Source: Verrucomicrobiota bacterium (GTDB lineage: Bacteria > Verrucomicrobiota > Verrucomicrobiia > CAIQCK01). Taken from it: a stretch of 64,000 bases of DNA. A model generated the notes under the pieces. The model was not told where the DNA came from. It was given only the letters and a program-made list of their open reading frames with translations, and did no database searches. Position numbers and translations under genes: made by a program. Below, piece after piece: positions 1-8,043 of this stretch. Position 1 is the stretch's first letter, and the number at the start of each line of letters is the position of its first letter. Location of the stretch: the NCBI GenBank assembly GCA_026397915.1, contig JAPLTX010000045.1, forward strand, positions 152,561 to 216,560, given 5' to 3'.

Positions 1-1373
1 TGCTTCAGGCATACAAGGCGGGCAAGACGCCCGAGTATATCCGCGTCAGCGAGCAGATCGCCGCACACTACGGCATCCCAAGTTTGAACCTCGCCCAATA
101 CGCCGCCGAAAAGATTATCGCCGGAGAGATTTCCTTTGCAGCGTTCTCAGCCGATGGCGTCAACCCGACCGATGCGGGCGCCAAGATCTACGCCGAAGCC
201 GTCGCGAAGTTCGTAGACGCGCTGATGACCGCCAATCCGATTCCCGACAAACCCAAGCAACACAAACTGCCACCGCCCTTGTTCCCGCAAACGGACGACA
301 ACGGCCGCATCGTCGCCTACGAGGACCAGCAGGTGAAACGGTCTGGCAACTGGAAGCCGGGACAGGCCAGCCCGATCGGCCCGTTCCGCCACGTCCTCGT
401 CGCCGACCAAGCCGGCGCGGCGCTGACGCTGAAGTTCAAAGGCTCCGAGATCGGCATCATTGATGTCGTGGACAAGGACAGCGCGAACTACGAATACGCC
501 GTGGACGGCGCGCCGTTCCGCAAGCTCGCCGCGCCAAAAGACGTGACCGGTCCGACCATGTGCCCAGTGTCGCTTGCCAAGGGCCTCGACCGGAAAGCCG
601 ACCATGAACTTATTCTCAAGGTCGCCTCGCCCGGCACCGCGCGGATGGGTGGCTTCCTGCTCAACGGAACCGTCGCCGACGCCTTTGCTGGCATGAGCAC
701 GCTGGAGCGGATTGACGCGATCTATGCTGCGATGGACCCGATCAAGTATCAGCCGCCGGCCGGCCGCTTCGCCAACATTCCGAAGACCATGAGCAAGCTG
801 CGCGACGGCGGCGAACTCCGCATGGTGCTGCTGGGCGACAGCATCATGGGCAACACCTCCGGCTCGTCGTTCGAGCTGCTGCTCATGCGCGACTATCCGA
901 AGTGCAAGATCATCAAGATCGCCTCGCTGAGAAGTAGCACCGGCTGCAAATACTATCGGGAGGACAATCGCGTCCAAGACTACGTGTTGAAGCACAACCC
1001 CGATCTGCTAGTCATCGGCGGCATTTCCAACGGCGGCGACGCCGAGGCCGTCCGTTCGGTAATCCAACAGGTCCGCGCCAAGAAACCGGACACCGAGGTG
1101 CTGCTGCTCACGCCCGTCTTCGGCGCGATACGCGACGAGCACATCCGGATGTTCACGCGTGAGATTGACACGACGACGAGCAACTTCCGCTGGAACATGC
1201 AGAAGGTCGCGGCGGAAGAGAAATGCGCTTTTTTCGACATGACCGGTCCGTGGTGGGCGTATATCCAGGACAGCGGCAAGACCTACGGCTGGTTCATGGG
1301 TGACGCCGTCCACGCCAACCACCGCGGCTGCCAGATCATCGGTCGTCTGTTGGAAATCTGGTTCAGAGAATAG
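1..1373 (+). CDS. SGNH/GDSL-family hydrolase (carbohydrate esterase-like), 5'-partial at window edge
   Basis: Frame of ORF 84..1373 remains open back to nt 3 (no stop), so the N-terminus lies upstream of the window. The C-terminal half has GDSL block LLGDSIMGN and catalytic-type block DAVHANHRG; the N-terminal part ends with another SGNH-like DGV(N)PTDAG block. Confidence 0.7.
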   Translation, partial: LQAYKAGKTPEYIRVSEQIAAHYGIPSLNLAQYAAEKIIAGEISFAAFSADGVNPTDAGAKIYAEAVAKFVDALMTANPIPDKPKQHKLPPPLFPQTDDNGRIVAYEDQQVKRSGNWKPGQASPIGPFRHVLVADQAGAALTLKFKGSEIGIIDVVDKDSANYEYAVDGAPFRKLAAPKDVTGPTMCPVSLAKGLDRKADHELILKVASPGTARMGGFLLNGTVADAFAGMSTLERIDAIYAAMDPIKYQPPAGRFANIPKTMSKLRDGGELRMVLLGDSIMGNTSGSSFELLLMRDYPKCKIIKIASLRSSTGCKYYREDNRVQDYVLKHNPDLLVIGGISNGGDAEAVRSVIQQVRAKKPDTEVLLLTPVFGAIRDEHIRMFTREIDTTTSNFRWNMQKVAAEEKCAFFDMTGPWWAYIQDSGKTYGWFMGDAVHANHRGCQIIGRLLEIWFRE

Positions 1374-1395
1374 TCAAATAGAGCTAGGTTTCCAC

Positions 1396-1463
1396 ATTCC
1401 CGCTAACCGCATCCACACGGTTGCGATTCTTGTCCATTTACCAGCGGGCATCGGTGCGCCACA
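1396..1463 (+). promoter_or_regulatory. Conserved upstream element copy A (CCCGCTAACCGCATCCACACGG..GCGATTCTTGTCCATTTACC..GCATCGG) ending at start codon of 1464 gene
   Basis: About 60 nt are near-identical to 7145-7212 and related to 14466-14521; all three sit immediately 5' of plus-strand genes in the CAZyme cluster. Confidence 0.45.
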
Positions 1464-3542
1464 ATGGCCGCGACAATGAACAATGAACTTGCTGGCAGAA
1501 TCGGACGAACCGTCGCGCTGATCCTTGCGACAATCATTGCGCGGCCGGGATTGGTAGTCGCCACCTCCACTGACAAGGACTCGCCTCACCAGATGACCGC
1601 GAGCGGCAAGGCGAGTTCGATCCCACAGGGATATGTTCCGCCGCTGGTGAGCAACGGGAGCCTCTCAATGCTGGTTGACTACCATGGAGGCCAGTCTCAG
1701 CGCGCGTATAGCCGCATGACGCCAGGCATCTGGTGGGCAGGTCGCCGATACGGGCCGCCCAATGACCAACTTATCCCGTTCGGACATTTCGAGTCGGAAC
1801 TGAGCGTTGACGGGAAACGGTGCGCGACGCCGGCGACATGGACGCAGACGCTGGACACAAAAGCAGCGGTTGTAACCTGCCGCAACGATTACGACAACGG
1901 TCTGACGGTTGAGACGGCCGTGCTCACACCGCTCGCCCACGACTTGGTTGTGGTGAAGAAGCGGTTTTACGCGACGAACGCCAGCGTCCGTTCGGTTCGC
2001 ATGGCTTTCAAATACCAATTCACGCCGCCGGGAGACGAGAACCGTCCGCCGAGACGCGTCACCGGTGCCTGCGCGTGGAGCGAGGTGTCCAAGAGCGCGG
2101 AGTTCCGTTATCAGGCGGACGGACATCGGCCTTGCGACGGCATTATCTCGATCTTCTCTGACAAGCCGGTGACCGCAGCCATCAACAAGCAGGCGGTCGG
2201 ATTGACTTCCGAGATCACACTCGATGGGGCCAAACCAGTGGAGGTGACGACCTGTCTGTTGTTCGCGGATTCGCTGGACGGCAAAGACTATCTGGAGCGG
2301 GCGGCGAAGCTGCGCGAGTTGGCGCGGCAGGAGGGCTTTGACGGCTTGTTCGCCGCGCACCGGAAAGCGTGGGCGGCGTATTGGAACGAGTCGTATGTGC
2401 ATGTCCCCGACGAGCGGCTGGAGAAAGCCTACTGCACGGCGCAATATCACCTGCGGGCCAACGCGACGAAGTGGTCGTTTCCGGTCGGGATATTCAACAC
2501 GCACTGGGCGGGCCGGTTTTTCGGCTGGGACGAGCTGTTCTGCTATCAGGCGCTGGTCAGCAGCAATCATCGCGACATTGCGCGGCGTTGTCCGGAGTTC
2601 AGGTTTGCGGGACTGCAAAAGGCGCTCGACCGGGCCAGTCATTACGGCAAGCCGGGGACGTATGGCGCGCGTTATCCGTGGGAGGCGATGGAGGACGGCT
2701 CCGAGGCGGCACCGCCCGGTTTTTGGATGGAGCACGTGTTTCACATCTCGAACATCGCGCTCTCGGCGTGGCTCCAGCACCTCTACACCGAGGACGCGGC
2801 CTATCTCAAGAACACGGGCTACCCGGTGATCAGGGAGTGCGCGCGGTTCTTTCTGACAAACATGGTTTACGAAGCGCCCGACGGCGGCATGTTCATCGGC
2901 AAATGCACCGACTTGGAGCGGCTGGGGCCGGCGCGGCAGAATCCGTTCATGACCTCCTGCGGCGCGATCTACACGCTGGAGGCGTCAGCGCAGGCGGCTG
3001 CGCTGCTCAAGACCGACGACGCCGAAGCCGCGGCATGGAAACACGCCGCCGCGAAGCTGCGCGAGTCACTGCCACACGATGGCAACCGTTACGTCCCCTA
3101 CACAGACTGCAAGGAGGAGAGCGTGGCTTCGCTCGGCGGGCTGTTCCCGTATCCGCTGTTCGATGCGACCGATGCGCGCCAACGGAACGCCGTCTATCAT
3201 TTCGTCGCCAACGGCCGGGCGTCCGGCAACATGTATCCGGTGGGCCAATCGGTCTGCGCGTGGTATGCGGGCTGGATGGCGGCGGCGCTGGCGGCGCTGG
3301 GTGACAAGACTGAGCCGATCAAGCTGCTGGATGAAGCGGCGGCAGGCGCGGGCTGCTTCGGGGAGATGTTCGAGATCAACGAAGCGAAAGTCTCCATGCA
3401 CCCGTGGTTCTCGACCGCGTCGGGGAATGTCGTCTATGCGCTGAACCAGATGCTCGTGCAGAGCCCGCCGTTCCTGAAGCGTGGAAGGACTACTCGTTCA
3501 AACTCGCGTGCCACGGCAATCTCGTGGCGGAGGTCGTGGTGA
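1464..3542 (+). CDS. Glycoside hydrolase, N-terminal beta-sandwich plus (alpha/alpha)6 six-hairpin body (GH65/GH95-like architecture; family not assignable); frame breaks near 3470
   Basis: 692-aa ORF. The FFGWDELFCYQALVSS and WMEHVFHISNIA regions look like a toroid glycosidase core. The last ~20 aa (KRGRTTRSNSRATAISWRRSW) are low-complexity and out of character. The +2 frame ORF 3404..3745 continues with a plausible GH C-terminal beta-sandwich. Confidence 0.6.
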   Translation: MAATMNNELAGRIGRTVALILATIIARPGLVVATSTDKDSPHQMTASGKASSIPQGYVPPLVSNGSLSMLVDYHGGQSQRAYSRMTPGIWWAGRRYGPPNDQLIPFGHFESELSVDGKRCATPATWTQTLDTKAAVVTCRNDYDNGLTVETAVLTPLAHDLVVVKKRFYATNASVRSVRMAFKYQFTPPGDENRPPRRVTGACAWSEVSKSAEFRYQADGHRPCDGIISIFSDKPVTAAINKQAVGLTSEITLDGAKPVEVTTCLLFADSLDGKDYLERAAKLRELARQEGFDGLFAAHRKAWAAYWNESYVHVPDERLEKAYCTAQYHLRANATKWSFPVGIFNTHWAGRFFGWDELFCYQALVSSNHRDIARRCPEFRFAGLQKALDRASHYGKPGTYGARYPWEAMEDGSEAAPPGFWMEHVFHISNIALSAWLQHLYTEDAAYLKNTGYPVIRECARFFLTNMVYEAPDGGMFIGKCTDLERLGPARQNPFMTSCGAIYTLEASAQAAALLKTDDAEAAAWKHAAAKLRESLPHDGNRYVPYTDCKEESVASLGGLFPYPLFDATDARQRNAVYHFVANGRASGNMYPVGQSVCAWYAGWMAAALAALGDKTEPIKLLDEAAAGAGCFGEMFEINEAKVSMHPWFSTASGNVVYALNQMLVQSPPFLKRGRTTRSNSRATAISWRRSW

Positions 3543-3745
3543 AAGGTGGACGGATCGAGAAGCTGATGCTCTTGCCGAACGACGCCAACGCCACGCACCG
3601 GCGAACGCTGGTGCTGCCATCGAGACTGGTCGGCAAAGGCTCGCTCAACGGCCCCGCCGTCAAGGCGACAACGAGCAAGGGAAGCAACTCGCTCATCGCT
3701 GTTGAGTTCAAAGGTCCAACAAACTTGATCGGAGACACGAAATGA
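3404..3745 (+). CDS. C-terminal beta-sandwich segment of the same glycoside hydrolase in the +2 frame (frameshifted continuation; real portion about 3475-3745)
   Basis: Translation ...EAWKDYSFKLACHGNLVAEVVVKGGRIEKLMLLPNDANATHRRTLVLP... is typical of a GH C-terminal domain. It overlaps the upstream ORF by ~140 nt in a different frame and ends 4 nt into the next gene. Confidence 0.45.
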   Translation: MVLDRVGECRLCAEPDARAEPAVPEAWKDYSFKLACHGNLVAEVVVKGGRIEKLMLLPNDANATHRRTLVLPSRLVGKGSLNGPAVKATTSKGSNSLIAVEFKGPTNLIGDTK

Positions 3746-6700
3746 AGCCTCTGTGGATTTGCATCGTCGCGTTGTCGTCGCTTGGGGTCGCCGTCCACGC
3801 GGAGGTTTACACGCTGAAAGACCGGCAGGTCGAGGTGGCGATTGACGAGAAAGGCGACCTGGTTTCGCTGAAGAACCCGCAAACCAATCACGACTACGCC
3901 GGCGGGCGGCCGCTGTGGCGGCTCTATTTCGACCGTAAGGACGGGCAAAAGGAAAACGAGGTCACCGCGTCCGAGAATCGGCCCGCGATCCAGCGCCAAG
4001 ACAATCGCATCGTGTTCCGCTATGACTCGCTGGAGGCTCGCGGCGCGAACCTCCGGATGAAGCTGGTTCTGAGCATCCGGCTGGAGGACGGACTGGTTCG
4101 TTTCGGCTCGGAGCTTTCGAACGATGAACCTCACACAATCATCCGCGAGTTGCACTATCCGCTGGTCGGCGGTTGCCAGTTGCCGGCCGACTGCAAGTTG
4201 CTGACGACGCAGCGCGGCGGCCAGCTCATCGCGAACCCGACGGCCCACATCCTCGGCGTCGGCAACAGTCCGCCCTACATGGCGCCGTCGCAGTTCTACC
4301 GCCAGATGGACCTGAAGTATCCGGGCCACACCTCGGCGAACTGCTTTGCGCTCGTGGGCGGCGGACAGGGGTTGTATCTCGCCAGCCACGACCCGACGTT
4401 CCAAGACACGTGGCACGGGCTGCGCGTTTATCCCGATGCGGCGGGTGCGTGGACTGCGCTGGAGGCCGGCCTCTACAAATACCCGAACTGCGTGAAGGGC
4501 AAGTCGTGGTCATGCGACGCCAACGTGATCGCGCCCTACTCCGGCAGTTGGCACCAGACGTCGAAGCTCTACCGGAAATGGGCCGACACCTGGTGGCGCC
4601 AGCGCGAGGTGCCGCTGTGGGTCCGCAAGATGAAAGGCTGGCAGCGGCTGATTTTCGTTCACCAGTATGGCGAGCAGTTCTTCTCGTTCAGCGACCTGAG
4701 CGGGCGCATCCGCAAGGCAGGCCAGAGCGTCGGCTGCGAAAACGTGCTGGCGTTCGGCTGGTGGAAGGCCGGCATGGACAACGGTTATCCTGACTCGTAT
4801 TGGGTGACCGACGCCGCGCAGGGCGGCGACAAGGCGTGGGCGCAGGAGATCGCCGATTTTCGAAAACAGGGCGGCCGGTTGATGCTCTACTTCAACGGGA
4901 AGCTGATTGATAGCGCGAGCGCGTTCTACCGCAACGGCGACGGCAAGAACGTCTGCTACCACGACAACACCGGCGCGCACTACACGGAGCAATACCGCTT
5001 CAAGGGACTCGGCACCTTCACCGGTCACTACAACGCGCGGACGTTTGTGGTGGCCGACACGCGCCGCGACGAGTGGCGCAAGCAACTCCTGCGGATGGCC
5101 GACCGCGCGATCAGTTTCGGCGTGGACAGCGTGTTCTACGACCAGTTGGGCTATGCCGAAGCGTCCTCGAACTGGGACCTCAGCGGCGAGTTCGCGATTC
5201 CGAACACGCGCGTCATCGCCGACAAGGCGGAGACGTTGAAGATGATCCACGATTATCTCGACAAGAAGGCCAGCCCTGACTTTGCGCTTGGCACGGAGCA
5301 CTGCACGGACGTGACGGCGCAATACGTGGACTATATCCACAACATCACCGGCGCAACCGGCCCGACGGATTTTACCGAGTGGATTCGCTTCACGTTCCCG
5401 GAGGTCATCCTGTCCGACCGCGAAATCCGCGACGACACCGACGTGCCGCGTCGCGTGAACCACGCCCTGCTCAAGGGCCTGCGCAACGACATCGAGATAT
5501 ATCGTTGCCGCGACCTGATAGACAAAGCGCCGAACTACCAGCGTTATCTGGCCCAGGTCAACCGGCTCAAGGAGAAGTATTGCGATCTGCTGCTACTCGG
5601 CGCCTACAAGGACACCGAGGGATTCGCGAACGACAACCCGAAGGTCAACGCCCGCTGTTTCATCAATGGGAATCGCATGGCAGTCGTGGCGACGCAGAGT
5701 TCCCCCAAACCGGCGACGGCGTGCGTTCGCGTGCCGGGCTACACGTTTCAGGAATCAAGCTGCCTCGGCGAGGCCAAACTGGAAACCATGCCTGATGGCG
5801 GTCAGTCTGTGCGTCTCGGCCAACACGGTCTCGCGGTTCTCATCTTCGAGAAAACCAATGCCGCGTTTGCCGTGGCCGACCAGCAACTGCGCGCGAAAGC
5901 CGAGGAGGCGTGGCGCGCCGCGTGGGACCGGTTCTACGACGACCGCACGCATCTTTTTTACGACTACGTTTGCAGCTACGACCCGGCCAAGCGCCTCGCC
6001 GCCCTGCCGACGGCGAAGGAAGCCCGGCGCCAATATCCCAACCCCAACGGCTGGGGCACCGGCATGGAAGATTGCGCCATCAGCGGCGGCTTGATGATGG
6101 CGATGATATGCGACCGTTTCGTGGCCACCAACGATGCGGCTATGCGTCCCCTTGCCGCAAAAGTCTTCGCGGGTCTGGCATCGCTAGTTACGCTTAGTTC
6201 GACCGAGGGCTTTGTCAGCCGCGGCATCTGTCCCAGCGACGGACATTCCCATTACGCCGAGAGTTCCCGCGACCAATACACGTGGCACGTCTATGGCCTG
6301 TGGCGCTACTACCACAGCCCGCTGTCGCAGCCGGAGGAGAAGGCCGCGATACGGAAGATCATCACCGCCATCTGTCGGCGCATGGAGCGCAACATCGTCC
6401 CCGCGAAGAACTACAGCATCGGCAAGGACACAGGCACCTTCGACGGCATCGTGGACAAGATGTGGGAGAACATGGCGCACGAGATCGCGCGTCTGCCGAT
6501 GATCTATGCCATCGGCGCGGACCTAACAGGCGACAGCCATTGGAAGGAACTCGCCCGCCGCTACAGTCCCGAAGCCGTCGCCAAATCGAAGGAGGAATCC
6601 ACGAAGATTCCTTACGCACTGCTGCAAGAACAGGTTTCGCTGGACGCGCTCTACCAACTGGAAGATTCCCCGGAACTGAAGCGGCAGTGGCTGGAGGCGA

Positions 6701-7068
6701 TGCGGTTGGTGGCGGACCGCGCGCAGGTCTTCTTCGCCAAATGCCTCAAATACCAGCCACCGTCAGGCGCGCCATTCTGGTTCGACTGGCGGACCTGGCC
6801 GCTTCGCAAGTCCTCCATCTACCAAGTTCCCACCCGCCCCGACGTCATCATCACGGAGGACCGCACGATTCGTGAGCCAGCCGAGGCGGCGCTGGTGCAA
6901 CTGCTCTGTCCGGAGCGATCGCTGACCCCGGAGCAACTCGCACTTATGAAGCGGATGATTGCCCAAGTGGATTACGACAAGGTTGTCTTCTACGGGCACT
7001 ACTACACGCAGGCCGTCTATTGGCGTGCGGTGCGACTGGGACTGCTTAAGCTTCCGGTCGCGCCCTGA
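3742..7068 (+). CDS. Large secreted putative glycosidase of an uncharacterised family; paralog of 14552..16708. N-terminal ~700 aa is the paralog-shared domain, C-terminal ~400 aa is an extra helical (toroid-like) domain
   Basis: Signal peptide MKPLWICIVALSSLGVAVHA. Shares motifs with the 14552 ORF: SGSWHQTSKLYRKWADTWW vs TGTWHTAAKFYRAWFDSV, LAFGWWKAGMDNGYPDSY vs LGLFGWAHGGHDHLYPDY, RFTFPEV in both. The C-terminal part carries NPNGWGTGMEDCAISGGLMMA. Confidence 0.7.
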   Translation: MKPLWICIVALSSLGVAVHAEVYTLKDRQVEVAIDEKGDLVSLKNPQTNHDYAGGRPLWRLYFDRKDGQKENEVTASENRPAIQRQDNRIVFRYDSLEARGANLRMKLVLSIRLEDGLVRFGSELSNDEPHTIIRELHYPLVGGCQLPADCKLLTTQRGGQLIANPTAHILGVGNSPPYMAPSQFYRQMDLKYPGHTSANCFALVGGGQGLYLASHDPTFQDTWHGLRVYPDAAGAWTALEAGLYKYPNCVKGKSWSCDANVIAPYSGSWHQTSKLYRKWADTWWRQREVPLWVRKMKGWQRLIFVHQYGEQFFSFSDLSGRIRKAGQSVGCENVLAFGWWKAGMDNGYPDSYWVTDAAQGGDKAWAQEIADFRKQGGRLMLYFNGKLIDSASAFYRNGDGKNVCYHDNTGAHYTEQYRFKGLGTFTGHYNARTFVVADTRRDEWRKQLLRMADRAISFGVDSVFYDQLGYAEASSNWDLSGEFAIPNTRVIADKAETLKMIHDYLDKKASPDFALGTEHCTDVTAQYVDYIHNITGATGPTDFTEWIRFTFPEVILSDREIRDDTDVPRRVNHALLKGLRNDIEIYRCRDLIDKAPNYQRYLAQVNRLKEKYCDLLLLGAYKDTEGFANDNPKVNARCFINGNRMAVVATQSSPKPATACVRVPGYTFQESSCLGEAKLETMPDGGQSVRLGQHGLAVLIFEKTNAAFAVADQQLRAKAEEAWRAAWDRFYDDRTHLFYDYVCSYDPAKRLAALPTAKEARRQYPNPNGWGTGMEDCAISGGLMMAMICDRFVATNDAAMRPLAAKVFAGLASLVTLSSTEGFVSRGICPSDGHSHYAESSRDQYTWHVYGLWRYYHSPLSQPEEKAAIRKIITAICRRMERNIVPAKNYSIGKDTGTFDGIVDKMWENMAHEIARLPMIYAIGADLTGDSHWKELARRYSPEAVAKSKEESTKIPYALLQEQVSLDALYQLEDSPELKRQWLEAMRLVADRAQVFFAKCLKYQPPSGAPFWFDWRTWPLRKSSIYQVPTRPDVIITEDRTIREPAEAALVQLLCPERSLTPEQLALMKRMIAQVDYDKVVFYGHYYTQAVYWRAVRLGLLKLPVAP

Positions 7069-7144
7069 GAGTCGAGCCTGCAACGCCGAAGAAGAAAAGC
7101 AAGAACCCCATGGCAGCCGCTAGCGATTGAAGCTCGCAACAATT

Positions 7145-7212
7145 CCCGCTAACCGCATCCACACGGAAGCGATTCTTGTCCATTTACCGCAAGGCATCGG
7201 GTGCTTCATAAT
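7145..7212 (+). promoter_or_regulatory. Conserved upstream element copy B; ends in a 4-codon mini-ORF (ATGGCCTCGATATGA) overlapping the SDR ATG
   Basis: Near-identical to 1396-1463, including CA(C/T)AATGGCC. Confidence 0.45.
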
Positions 7213-7221
7213 GGCCTCGAT

Positions 7222-7980
7222 ATGAAAACCGAACTGAACGGGAGGATCGCGCTCGTGACGGGCGCGGGACAAGGCATTGGACGGGCCATCGCGCTCGCGC
7301 TCGCGGCGCATGGCGCGACGGTGGCTGTCAACGACGTGAAGCGTGAGAAGAGCGACAAGGTCATCGCGGAGATCGTTCCGGCTGGCGGCAAAGCCGTGGC
7401 GGCCTGCGCGGATGTTTCGCGGCGCGATGAAGTGGAGCGGATGGTTGGCGGCATCGTGAAGCAGTTCGGCCGGCTCGATATCCTCGTCAACGGCGCGCGC
7501 GTCGAACCGCCGCGGCCGGCGGGGATGGCACCGGAGGATTGGTGGGACCGCGTGCTTGACGTGGATCTCAAAGGTGCGTGGCTCTGTTCGATGGGGGCGC
7601 TGGAACCGATGAAACGCCAACAGTTCGGCCGTATCATCAACATCTCTTCGATTCAAGGTTTCACCGGCAACGCCGAGGAAGAATGGATCGCTTACAGTTG
7701 CGCCAAGGCTGGCATGGGCGGGCTGACACGCTCACTGGCGCAGGCCGGCCTGAAGCTCGGCATTACCGCCAACGCCATCGCGCCAGATTACATCGAAACC
7801 GAAGTGATGGAGGCGCGTTGGGGGCGCGAGAAGATGAGCGAGTTTGCCGCCGGCGTGCCGATGGGCCGTGCGGGCCAGCCGGAGGAAGTCGCCGAGGCGG
7901 TCCTGTTCCTCGTAAAGTCAGGCTTTATCACCGGCGAGACAATCTTCATCACAGGAGGGAGATTTGTTATTCCAAAGTAG
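7222..7980 (+). CDS. SDR-family NAD(P)-dependent oxidoreductase (FabG-like; candidate 2-keto-3-deoxy sugar-acid dehydrogenase)
   Basis: Rossmann TGAGQGIGRAIA, NNAG-like motif, catalytic YSCAKAG (YxxxK). The ORF opens at GTG 7201; ATG 7222 (MKTELNGRIALVTGAG) is the more typical start. Confidence 0.85.
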   Translation: MKTELNGRIALVTGAGQGIGRAIALALAAHGATVAVNDVKREKSDKVIAEIVPAGGKAVAACADVSRRDEVERMVGGIVKQFGRLDILVNGARVEPPRPAGMAPEDWWDRVLDVDLKGAWLCSMGALEPMKRQQFGRIINISSIQGFTGNAEEEWIAYSCAKAGMGGLTRSLAQAGLKLGITANAIAPDYIETEVMEARWGREKMSEFAAGVPMGRAGQPEEVAEAVLFLVKSGFITGETIFITGGRFVIPK

Positions 7981-8043
7981 TCGTCACGCTCCGCGTGACG
8001 GCAATCAACACACAACATCACGCGGAGCGTGATGACTACTATG
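7978..8043 (+). promoter_or_regulatory. Intercistronic palindromic hairpin element copy 1: TAG-TCG-[TCACGCTCCGCGTGA]-19 nt loop-[TCACGCGGAGCGTGA]-TGACTACT-ATG
   Basis: Perfect 15-bp inverted repeat 7984-7998/8018-8032. It sits between the SDR stop codon and the dehydratase ATG. The same element recurs at 46131-46202. Confidence 0.6.

Noticed and set aside
147-995. Long minus-strand ORFs antisense to confirmed genes. Examples: 147..995, 1665..2780, 3490..4416, 4510..5463, 8005..9141, 10627..11217, 13271..14491, 15281..16717, 28856..29710, 53374..54201, 55936..56976. Also plus-strand antisense ORFs 26427..27296, 26972..28201, 31426..32589, 33268..34386, 36638..38029, 38249..39337, 44673..46088, 46909..48573, 48465..50123, 54948..56237.
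   Set aside because: High-GC genomes generate long spurious antisense ORFs. Their translations are Arg/Ala/Gly/Pro-rich low-complexity with no motifs, and every one is fully covered by a sense-strand gene with clear family signatures.
1374-1589. Small minus-strand ORFs 1374..1589, 7120..7656 and 14329..14724 sharing the peptide ...KWTRIA(T/S)VWMRLAG...
   Set aside because: The shared peptide is just the translation of the conserved ~60-nt upstream nucleotide element. The conservation is at DNA level and stops outside it, so the non-coding element interpretation is preferred.
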